Assembly (NCBI GenBank): GCA_040954595.2
Contig: CM082581.2
Location: forward strand, 3,836,699-3,900,698
DNA: 64,000 bases
Direction: 5' to 3'
Source of the DNA: Balanoglossus misakiensis
Taxonomy: Eukaryota; Animalia; Hemichordata
Below, piece after piece: positions 38,501-48,900 of this stretch. Within the stretch, counting starts at the first letter, position 1. Every line of letters starts with the position of its first letter. A program made the translations under genes and the position numbers. A model generated the notes under the pieces. The model had not been told where the DNA came from. It searched no databases and was given only the letters and a program-made list of their open reading frames with translations.

Positions 38501-39473
38501 GTGAGGTTTGGTATAAGACAAACCACTGTTGAAGACATTTTTGGTAATGAAATCATCGTAGCAACCTTCCGAATGGTCATCAGATTTCTCATTATCTAGT
38601 CCTTAGTCCTTGACCATTTGAAAGAAATGACTGAAAATCGCTGGGGGGGGGGGGGGTATTTTTTGAATGCGTAAACCTACCTATTTATAAAAAATGTGAA
38701 CAAAGGTATGGAAAGTAGGAGCTAATTAAAAAACTCATCCACAAAAAGTTCAAAACGGTAAACATACCAATTCAAATACATGTTACTTGTGGGTTCTTTC
38801 AGTTTTATTTCAATATTTTCATGATAATTTTTTTCAATTTTTTTCCCTTTGAGCTAACAATTTTTCTATTTCTAGAGGCCAATAAAATTACCTTGGACCT
38901 TCTTCCCTTTTTGGACAATTTCTGCATTTTTTTAACTTGATAAAAGTAATCGATTATTTTTTTTCTCAGACATAATTATGTTTTGTCGCATTTATACCGT
39001 TTGAACTTTGAGCATGGATTGGTTTGAGAGTCCTTGACAGGATTGCACTCTGTAAAAGTTTAACAAACAAACAATATTTTCGACATATCCGCGATTGGTT
39101 CCCTTCCAAAAATGACCGCTTTGACGTGTACGTGTTATCAAAAACTTAGAAGACCTTTTGGAATTTGTACCCAGATGTATGACGCCGTGTTTGTGCGCGT
39201 TACATGCATGGACCAATAAAATTCCTATTTTGATACCTGTGCTTTGCTTTTGACATGTTTGATAGATAAAATACAATCACGTCCAAGTAAACAAACAACA
39301 ACTGTAAAACTCACCTCCACTGTGTATACCCATCCTACATCCATATGGCTATGTGGAATCACGTATGCGTTGATGATATTCTTAGCGGATTCATTTTCGC
39401 CTGCTTCCGTTGATGTCGATAATATAAGTGTAAGAACAAAGTATATGAACACAAGACGTTCACCGCTCGCCAT
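18796..39473 (-). CDS. MAN2B2: Glycoside hydrolase family 38 alpha-mannosidase, MAN2B2-like (epididymis-specific/lysosomal), 20 coding exons
   Basis: Hand-traced exons, GT-AG, phases consistent: 39315-39473, 38247-38387, 37486-37597, 36146-36318, 35577-35692, 34907-35084, 34404-34602, 34091-34281, 33486-33678, 32752-32894, 30810-31099, 29903-30097, 29022-29174, 28278-28383, 27528-27644, 26768-27002, 20468-20629, 19989-20101, 19385-19487, 18796-18962. Signal peptide; GH38 motifs [66 protein letters not shown]2B2-type segments [26 protein letters not shown] and C-terminal [12 protein letters not shown]. Confidence 0.93.
19542..19827. mobile_element. TTAA-flanked Kolobok-like MITE, family 2
   Basis: TTAA|AGACCCAACAGCTGCC ... 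GGCAGCTCATGGGGCT|TTAA. Core GGTGCCGCACCCGTTTAATCAGCCTCC is shared with 50471-50820 and ~47450-47675. Confidence 0.75.
21322..21493. repeat. Near-perfect foldback: 77-bp arms, 18-nt loop
   Basis: 21322-21398 is the reverse complement of 21417-21493 with two mismatches. The peptide [20 protein letters not shown] therefore appears on both strands in the ORF track. Confidence 0.95.
22093..22437. mobile_element. TTAA-flanked MITE with ~85-bp TIRs (Kolobok-like, AG..CT termini)
   Basis: TTAA|AGGGACAAAGTCTCTCTC.. and ..GAGAGAGACTTTGTCCCT|TTAA, inserted in the Crypton-like remnant. A lone left end recurs at ~47424-47450. Confidence 0.85.
23571..25786 (-). CDS. Intronless TRIM-NHL E3 ligase (TRIM2/3/71-like: RING, 2 B-boxes, coiled coil, filamin, NHL), one frameshift near 25360; intact gene, pseudogene or assembly indel unresolved
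   Basis: ATG at 25786 (MATASTEGK). [23 protein letters not shown]; B-box1 CEGC..CVQC..CESC..H; B-box2 [17 protein letters not shown]; filamin DNRDGTH..IPGSP; NHL repeats ([26 protein letters not shown]). ORF 25358-25903 and ORF 23571-25319 join with +1 nt to give about 738 aa. Lies inside MAN2B2 intron 16 (20630-26767). Confidence 0.88.
26481..26527. repeat. (CA)n microsatellite
   Basis: CA run; a similar CA/CACG run lies at 43481-43560. Confidence 0.9.
27108..27314. mobile_element. ~205-bp Tc1/mariner-type MITE, TA TSD
   Basis: TA|CTGCAAAA ... TTTACAG|TA with internal CGCGAAAAT-type subrepeats; siblings at 33166-33367 and 48234-48442. Confidence 0.8.
27730..28028. mobile_element. Family 3 TTAA-bounded repeat in MAN2B2 intron 14
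   Basis: TTAAAGGGTGATAATTGTCTTAAGC.. / ..GCATAAGACGATTGTCAGCCTTTAA with the family 3 core. Confidence 0.7.
29691..29897 (-). mobile_element. CR1/L2-clade LINE 3' fragment (RT C-terminus)
   Basis: [38 protein letters not shown] resembles the CR1 ORF2 tail R.D.RK..F..RV.N.WN.LP..V.A.S...FK..LD..W; starts just inside MAN2B2 intron 12. Confidence 0.75.
31148..32337. mobile_element. Non-autonomous DNA transposon, ~1.19 kb, ~250-bp imperfect TIRs, TA TSD
   Basis: 31148-31399 matches the reverse complement of ~32032-32337, apart from a ~50-bp indel. TA flanks at 31146-47 and 32338-39. CpG-rich, no transposase ORF; in MAN2B2 intron 10. Confidence 0.88.
33166..33367. mobile_element. ~205-bp Tc1/mariner-type MITE, TA TSD
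   Basis: TA|CTGTAAAA ... TTTTACAG|TA; core GCGAGAGCCAAAA shared with its siblings. Confidence 0.8.
36750..37320. mobile_element. Asymmetric element: ~140-nt imperfect hairpin, then a segment bounded by 14-bp inverted repeats
   Basis: Hairpin 36750-36891; IR ATTATATTATATCA (36892-36905) / TGATATAATATAAT (37307-37320); CpG-rich interior with subterminal CCAATCAGAATCGCG. Confidence 0.8.
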
Positions 39474-39620
39474 TTTGATAGAGCAATGCGCACGGAGATG
39501 CGCACAACACCAAACAAACTTTTCTAGGACTCTTCCATTAATGCTATAGGGAGGTACGGCCCAGAATCGCCTGAGGGACGTCGCTCAGAATGGCGTTTGA
39601 ATTAGGCTCAATTGGCTATC
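39474..39620 (-). promoter_or_regulatory. MAN2B2 proximal promoter/5'UTR
   Basis: CpG-enriched stretch just upstream of AAAATGGCG; CCAAT (ATTGG) near 39611-15. Confidence 0.45.
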
Positions 39621-40693
39621 ACTTTTCGACATTTTTTTCCAGAATGTTTGTGTCAACTGAGTTTTTTTGTTTGAATCCTTGAACCATGACGAACTGCCCT
39701 GTATGTATCAAGCTTATCAACCCAGCCAATATGTGTATCAGTAGAGTCAGCGTTGTATTGTTGACAGTTCCACTCGTCTGGACTTTACAGCCTAGCCCCA
39801 TGAGCTGCATCTTGATAAAACAGATTAAGCTTTAAATGATCTCAGATGTGCTTTTAATTCTGTCTATTAAATGATATTGCCTGATAGTATGTCAAGAAAA
39901 CAATTTATGACAAAATATCCAAAAATTAAAATATCTGTACAGTCGAAAATTTCTGAACTTTTCAAAGTGAAATTTTGCAATGAAATAACAGCAAATGATT
40001 TATCAAGGTAATTATGCAGACCATGGAGTGCATATCGCTGTAGTAAGGAATAGTGTGGTTGGCTACACTAGGATCATTTACAACTGCTTGATTGCGCACG
40101 TGAAACACGAATATATATTATAGCTGGCGAGGCCAAGAGCTCTTTTTACACGTAGGGAGGTTTCCCTGGCCCAAAATAAAGATAGTTTGACCAGCAAAGA
40201 TGTGCAAATTCATAAAAAGACAGAAATGCAATTTTATATTTAAATTGATTTTGTTTTATTGCTTTGTTCAAATAAAGACATGCTTCTGCAAACTGGAAGA
40301 CACTTGTGACATAATTCTTGTCAGAATTGATTCTCATGACCTTGCAACTACCTATCCTGTGGACAGTCTCTTTGAAAGGTCATGTTTGAATTCATCTAGA
40401 ATATATTTAGAGCAGCTTTTACAAAAAATTTCCATTCACCAAAAATTAGTATCCTTGAGTAAATTCTATAAGTGACTACATATACTCTTCACATATATAT
40501 ACTCTTTTAATACATAGCAAAATAGTGATTAGAAATTGAAGGATAATATTCTTATTTTATAAACAACTCATAGAAATGAAAGCATCCCAGACCCATGGGA
40601 CCCATACAGCCAATCTGGTATCATGGACCCATATAAGGAACTTGTATTGAGGCTGATTCTGGTTTCATGGATAACATGTTCCATAACTGCAGG

Positions 40694-40873
40694 TAGTAAA
40701 ACCTGTCTAAACCAAACCCTGTCTATTCTGGAAACCCGTCTATACCAAACACCCTTTCCAGTCCCTTCACATAAAACCACACATGAAGAGAACCTCTATA
40801 AACCAGACACCTCTGCAGACTGAATAATCTTCTCAGTCCCTTTTGGTGTTCAGTTTAGACAGGTTTTACTGTA
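40694..40873. mobile_element. Short Tc1/pogo-type MITE
   Basis: AGTAAAACCTGTCTAAAC.. / ..GTTTAGACAGGTTTTACTGTA with internal CCTGTCTA subrepeats. Confidence 0.7.
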
Positions 40874-42095
40874 CTATAAATCAATTTCTTTGCACTAATA
40901 TGCACCAACAGTTTTGTCAAAACATGTTGTTCTTATACATTTGAAGGATCTTGGATTGACACTATACATGTATTGTGAATCATTGTGACAAACACCGTTT
41001 CACTTCAAGCTACAAAAACATACTTCAGTCACTTCCAAAAAGTGGGTCAAACATTTGTTTACAAACAAAATCACCTAAATGTGACAAATGATTTGAACAG
41101 ACACATCAGAGAAAAGTACAAGGAAGAAGTGTTTGCCTACAATTGTTAAACATTTGTATGCTATTAAACAATGACTCGTAAAGCAAAGTTGATTAGTAAC
41201 AAATGAAATAAAATAGTATCTTATACAAACAATATTTGTCAAAGACAAATAAATGAATATAAATATTAGTAAGTTAATAATGATTACATAATTAACTTGC
41301 AAAAACACTAAGTTTTACAGGAACAGGCCACAATTTCCCCTGTTGGTCTTTTGCAGCTAATATCATGTGCCTCTCTATACAATTCATTCAACAGACATAA
41401 TTGCAACAGGTGAACCTTGGAATTTGAATGCACCAGGGTACATACATACAACAGCATAAGCATATGTGTCAAGCTCTTAGCTGCCACAGAAATACACATA
41501 TACTTTTGTATGTACCGTACTCATTCACATGTATTTGTTAGTACTGCTGACTGTCACATGATTTATTCCGCGTCTCTTTTCTGAAGAATATTACAGAAGC
41601 ACAGATATTTTATTTCAGAGTAGGTCTATTCCAAATTCACTTTTACTGAGTTGCTGACATCTTTAATTTGCACACACTGGAAACAAAGTCAATGGCAAAT
41701 TGCCAATCAGTTTAAAACACAATCAATACTTGACAGCTGTGCATAATTTCTCAGATGCTCACATCCGCATTACCTACAAGAATTACAAAATATATATGCA
41801 TAAATTATAAAAGGCTCTTCAATAGTATATACATGTGCATTGTACAGGTTGCTTTATACTCAGTGTTTGACGGAGAATAAATTGTTTGAAGCAAACACAG
41901 AGTTATCCAGAATTATCTAGTTGTGCGTAACAAAAACATTACATGTATAACATATTTTGACGCATTCTGAAAATAAGTTTTGTTCTTTGTTCTTGTATTC
42001 TGTTTGTGATTCACTTTTTGAAATGCAGGTTGGAAGAAATCGATTGCAAACTGATTTATTAGTGAAATTTTAACAGTACATATCATATGCAAAAG

Positions 42096-42495
42096 TAGCC
42101 TAGTCCTAGCCGTATTTTGTCCGCTTTGCTTCCAAAACTACGCCTAGCCTCACTCATATCACTGGCCCAATAAAACACCATACCTCTTGCTGGGAATTAG
42201 CAAGGGGATGTAACTAGCGTCCCTCTGAAGTCAATCAGAGACTTTGTTTTTCCAGTGATTGGACATAGGATATACATATGTGTAATTAAGGATGGGTAAC
42301 ATTTTAAATTCAAATTAGCCCTGCATTCACTATAATCTTACAACCAATCACCATTGTTCAGTTTATGTGAGTGACTTCAAGGGGACGCTAGTTACATCAG
42401 CAAGGGGTATGGGGTTTGATTGGGCCAGTGGCATGAGTGAGACTAGATGTTAGTTTTGGAAGCAAAGCAGACAAAATACGGCTAGGACTAGGCAA
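42096..42495. mobile_element. MITE with ~130-bp TIRs and 9-bp TSD (TAGCCT terminus; Academ- or MULE-like)
   Basis: TAGCCTAGTCCTAGCCGTATTTTGTC.. / ..GACAAAATACGGCTAGGACTAGGCAA; direct repeat ATGCAAAAG at 42087-95 and 42496-504. Confidence 0.88.
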
Positions 42496-42956
42496 ATGCA
42501 AAAGATAAACTGCATTCATACAATGATGCAGAAATTACAAAATTTTTGAGCAGCAGTTTCTATTACATATAGAGTCACATTATCAGTTCACAGTTGGTTT
42601 CTTGCAACCTGTTTCAAACAGCCAACGACAACACTGTTTACATTTTGAGTATACTCACAGCTGATATATGGTCAAAGAATCAGGTTTATAATGTAAATAT
42701 ATAGAAAAGCATAGTTACAGATTTATAGAAAAATAAGAAAGAATTAAACACTTCTATATAGAGATTCTAGATGAACTGAATAAATTTCTCCCATAGTATT
42801 CTTCAAGAGATCATAAAAATTAAAAGAAATGTTTCACTGTTTGGGAATTCTCAGGTATGTAATGAGACATTATTTAACTGATTTCAGAAGAAAATTTTAA
42901 ACAAAGCTAAACAAACAAAATATTGAAATACTTCTTAGAGTAAGCATTACAAGTCT

Positions 42957-45900
42957 CTACTGTGTCTTCTCTACATGTGTTGGTTGAGGTGATGGTGTCT
43001 TCTTCATAAGCATCAAGGGAATTACCAGCAACACAGCACCCAGGGTATAGCACAGCTCAGATCCAATACTCCAATAAACTACATACAACACAAAGAAGAT
43101 GTTTGGTTAAATTGATTGATGTGATCTCTTGGGCCAAGAGAGTGGAAGTCAAGTAGTTTCTGTGTGATACAAAGCTTCTAAAAACAAACATGTTGATTTC
43201 AAACTCTGCAGAAAAATTTACTCTCACTCCCAATTGTTCTAAAACATATAAAATAGTTATCATTGTTACACCCACCAAGCATCCAGCATAATTTACACAT
43301 GTTATTATCAATGTATCGGTATCTTTGACATCTGATCCAAAGCAGTGACCAAAAAATAATTAATTAATAACTTAATCAATAAGCCACACCCACCAAAATT
43401 TCAGCAAAGTGATACTTTACAGGATGATCGAAAATATTGGCTGACAGTTATTTGAGTTTAATGGTAAACAAAATTCTAATCACACACGCACACGTACATA
43501 CATGCATGCACGTACGCATGCACGCACGCAGGCACGCACATACACACACACACACACAAACAAACAATGACAGCTGGCTCACACATCCACAGTGGGCTTG
43601 GCTGACACTTTGGCCACAACCAATCAATGCACAGAAAATAACTCCTGAATATATGGGCAAAGCCTCCAACATTCTTGCAGATTATTCTAACCGGTATTTT
43701 GGAATGATATATACTGTCTGTATTGGTTGTAGATTTGACTCTATCCACACATTGTTTGAGAAGTGATAGGACAAAAAGTGAGAACCTACTTGTTGATGCA
43801 GCAATGGGTCCAATTGCTCTTGCTAATGCACCAAGTGATCGGAAAATACCAACAACTGTACCCTTCTGGTCAGCACTTCCTGTAAACATCAACATTTTTT
43901 TTTCAATTATGCTGTTATGTAAAGATTGCCAGAAATTACATCATTCAATATTGCAATATTTCAGTACTTCCAAAATATTTGCGGGAAGGAATTGGTGGAG
44001 TACAGATATTAAGTAATGAAGACTAGTTTTTTACAAAATAACAAATTCAATAGTATTACTAACAATTGCCGTTAGTTACTTACTATGATATTATAAAAAC
44101 AGAGCAATAACATCATAAGCTCTAATTATGGACAAAACATTTTCAGAACCATTTCGCCCTTGATTCTTTGCCAACAAATTTGAGAAAGACTTCTTGGTTG
44201 TCTCATAAATCTATTCTCCAAGATAGTTCTACAAGTTGTGAATTCAATGGTGGTTACTGTCTATTCATTCGGTTGCTACATTTCCATAATTCTCAGGCAG
44301 CATAAGAACATGCACACAGCATTATAAAGACAAATAAAAAAGGTTAAAAATATACACAGTGAGTTGTTGTAAAGACTGCAAAGAGCAAGACCTACCATAT
44401 GATGACACCATAGTAGTCGTACATGGAACAACAGTGGCAGATGCTGTGAAGACAGGTGGCACCAGAGAAATAACATGAATATTTCAATGTCTGTTTGAAA
44501 ACATTTTCAGTTAAATGCTCTAACAATACACTGTGACATTTTCACCAATACAACTGGGGTGGTGGTAAAAGCTTTGCCGCAAATGAAGATGGCCGCCACC
44601 ATGGAAAAATGCAAAATACAATGAAAACAGTGCATTTCCCACTTTTACACTTCAAAAACAAAACATGATCTCATCCACTAGAACACATGCAAGTAAATGT
44701 ACTCCACTGAGACATTACATATTTATTTGTCATTGCAATATTTCACTTTTTTAAAATTGCTGGATTTTTCATCTGTACTGCTATTTCTTCCATTTTCTGG
44801 CCATTTTGTCATAAATAAGTGTTAGGCTGATACTACAGTGAAGGTAATATCATTTAAATGACAGAATTAAAAGCATATCCAAAATAATTTAAAGCTTAAA
44901 ATAATTTTTATACAGTTGCAGCTCTTGTGGCTTCAAATCCACACTGAAGTCGTTATATATGGGATAGCTAAGACCAACGAGTAATTCAAGTTTATCTCAA
45001 GTACAAATTAAACAAATTTGATCACCAGGCAATAAAAGGGTAATAACATCTCACAGAAAAGACTACTCTTCCCAATTCATAGAAGGAATCACTCAAGACA
45101 AACTTTGAGTTGATATTTAAATAAAAATTGTAGTTAGATAACATATAAATAAGATTCAGAGACACTCACCAAAACTGAAGAAAGCAAGACCAATATATAA
45201 CATTGTCTGATTTGTCGCAAATGCAATGATGACAAAAGATGGTATCAATAAAAGTATCCCCTGAAATAACAAACAATTCATACTGCTTTCAGTGTTGTTA
45301 TCTCATAATCAAAACAAACACCACAATATCAATTCTCAACACTTTGTGTTTGTTTTGTTCACTGTATGTTCATACACAGCACAGCCATAGTAATAATTAT
45401 TGTCAACATAACATAACATTTCCAGGACATATTTTTGCTTGTACAGCACAAACTATGACATGCAAAATCATTGCCCCTGCAACTGACAACTGAGAATATT
45501 TCAATAAACAGAAAAGCATAAGTCCAGTGAAAATATTTTGGCAAAAACATTCGCCAAAATGCAATATTAAAATCTCTACTTCAACAGCCCTTGGTTTGTC
45601 CGCATTTTGCTTTTCTTTTTTTGCAAACTCTTTCAAGATTCAACATTACCCCTTTCACCGCTATGGTCTAGTCCAAATCAATTGTTTGGTTGGACCTCTA
45701 TAGAGGGAACTGGGGGTGAAAGAGTTAATGTCTGCGAGTATGGATTCTGAATAGAACAGACTCTGATCTTGCTACATCATACCTTTTAACATGAATGGGG
45801 GGGGGGGTGGTGAATGGGACATATCAGGTATCAAAAATCGACCAAAATTGCACCAATTGACATTTGTGCTAAAATCCACAAATTCTACTTACTCTCAAAG

Positions 45901-48900
45901 CAACTTTCTTTTCTGATCCCTGGGGAACTCTTCTACTGTAACCACCTGAAATCACATGAATATCTCACAGAAATTAATGAAGAATCAAACAATATATCCA
46001 TTGATCAATATCAAATATATCTTCAATTTTATGCTTTAAATACACAAAATCCATATTCTATCATTATGACTTTTCATCTATTTCAAGATGTTAGTTTAGT
46101 TTTGTTGGACATGTTTCTGCATTTTCATGTAGAATGGTTTGGATGATTCATTAACTGAAAACTCTGTCTTTCCGAGTTGTGGCTTGTGTTCTTGATGTTA
46201 CAACTCACCTTGCACAAGTGCCATGATGATGCCAATAAAGAGAAACATCTTTCCTTGTTCCATGCTGAATGAAAACAGAAAGCAGAAATAGACACTTTAA
46301 GACTTGCAAAATTTACCAATCTCTTCTAGAGCTTGATGTAGCCATGTGTATTACATGTAGGAATCACAGAATAACAGTATTAAAGACTTTTACCTTGTGT
46401 AGTGAAATCTTCTATGAACGAGGAATGTGAGAGTAAATTCTAGCCCAGAGTAAAGGAACAAATATAAGAAATAAAATCTACCAATCTGTCTTAGTGTAAC
46501 GAGGTCTGATGAAACAAAAATAGAAAAAAATTGACATATTAGCTGTACCAGTAAGAAAACCAGTAAACAAGAAAATATTTAGTGATATCAAGTGATAATC
46601 TCTTCATCACACACCCATTGCCCAGTTTTCTCATACATTTGCTTAAAGGGAGTCATGGCAGTTGTTGGCAAGTTTATATGTGCTACTGGTACACCAATGA
46701 ATTTCGCAACAACTCTATTTTTAAGAGAGACTGAAAGCATTTTATCCCGAAGTGCGATGCCCCTCAGTGAAAGCACAGATTGCAGCTGTCAAAAAGGAAT
46801 CTGTGTTTATATTTTAAAAGCAATATCAACTTTGCAATGTTTATAAGTTGTCCCCCCAAAACAGCAGCATTGATATTCTAGATTCTGGGCCAAGGAAAGC
46901 ATCCTATTTTTTTATTACTTGAAATTGTAACAAATGGCAACTTTTACTGAAAGATCCACTTCACTTTAGACTGAGGTCTGCAAAATGGACAGGTACCTCT
47001 GGACAGGTACCATCTGCCAGCATATGATGTGTGTATTAAATTCATTCGTTCTTGGTACATATCTGTTTTGTACTTCAGTATGTTTGCATCATAGAAAATA
47101 TAGCACATCGAAAATGAAGAGATCATACCTTTGTCTGGACATCTTTTGACAGCAGAGAATTGGAAAAGTGCAAACGGACTCAATAGATTGTGTGCCTCCT
47201 TTAAGCTGCTACCAAACGATGCTGCCTGTTAATGAGAATTATTTCCCATTGAAATGTGAATGATAGAGTGTAATTCTGCAGAACACTTAACATTATACAT
47301 TGTATTTCACAAAGATAACTGGTGTTTTAAAATGTACATCACAGTAGCTGAAAATTTGAGATCTTCATTTGAATAATTGTATTCTGGATTTTGATTGAAG
47401 TTATTTTTCTACTCTTTAACCCTTTAAAGGGACAAAGTCTCTCTCTCGCGAACATAATATCAACACCCAATTGTGGCTGTATGTTGCAATTTGAACAGGT
47501 GATATATTAGTAAATGGGTGCCGCACCCGTTTAATCAGCCTCCATACAAAGAGTACACAACTATTGTGGTATGCGTCGCCAAGAGATGACAAACTGATGC
47601 AAATACAAGTAATATGGCTTAATGGTGAGGATGTGGAAAAAAATATGTGAAATTTGGAAGTTCATGATGTTTTTAATATAAACCATTCATACTACGATGT
47701 ACTTGGGAGGCAGTTGGGTGTGACAAATAAGCACACACATTGAAATTATGATAACACAGTAACTAAGATGATTACTTACTCTCTTATTAGCTGGCAAGGT
47801 TTCTTCTAGACACACAAAAAGGAAGACAATATCTACAAGTGCCAGGGTCAATGCAAACATTGCAGGTGCTGTATAGAACTCTCCTTGTCTGTAAGTTGCT
47901 ACTTTTGCAAAATAAGCACCAATTGATGGACCGAAGAGAAATCCTAGAGAAAATGCTATTCCTATAAGGGCCTGAAAGGAAAAGGAAGGAATGTGTTTAA
48001 CTGAATGAAATTGAAAGTACATGCACAAAGAAATATTAATGAAGATTGATTGATTGGTTATTGATCGATGCATTCACCATACAATCCAAATTTAATTTTA
48101 ATTAATCAATTAATTAAATTAATAAATTCTCATCATCATTATCATCATCACCATGTTGCATAAAAGCATGATATAAACTGAGAACACACACAATGCACAT
48201 ACACACACAAGGCACAAACATACATGCATAATACTGTAAAACACTTTATTTTCGCGAGCAATAAATTTTTGCGAAATACGCGAGAGCCAAAATAGCGTGA
48301 AAATAAAAAGTCACGTAATTTTTTTTTGAAGATAACGATGCAGTGAATGAAATAAGAGAAAGCAAAAAATTAACACTTGCGAAACAGTGGTCTCTCTCGA
48401 TGTCGCGAAAATTTCAACTCGTGAAAATAAAGTGTTTTACAGTACACACGGAGCAATCAAGTAACTCACCATTCCTTTGCCCCTGTTTTTCACAGATGAA
48501 GCATCAGTGACTATGGCTGTACTTAGACTAACATTCCCCTTGCTGATTCCACCTATGATCCTTGCAATTACAAAGACTGTGAAATTTCTAGACACTGCCC
48601 ACAGTGCATATGAAACAGCAATCCCGACCTGCAAACAATGATATATAATACATATCAATACCTATAGTGGCCACCCTGTTGTTCAGTCAATCCCTGTTGA
48701 TGCAAGCACTTCAGAGGAAAAACTGTGAAATGTTTTTCGAATCTCTTTCGAATATGACAAGACAAAGTCACAATGGCAGACTATGGTCGCCGCCATCTTA
48801 TCTGTTGTTAGAACAGCACACTGCCTTTAATGGCATTGACTATGTATATTTTTTTAAACCAGAGTCTCCAGTTTGGCTCATAAGAATAAGCTATCATCGC

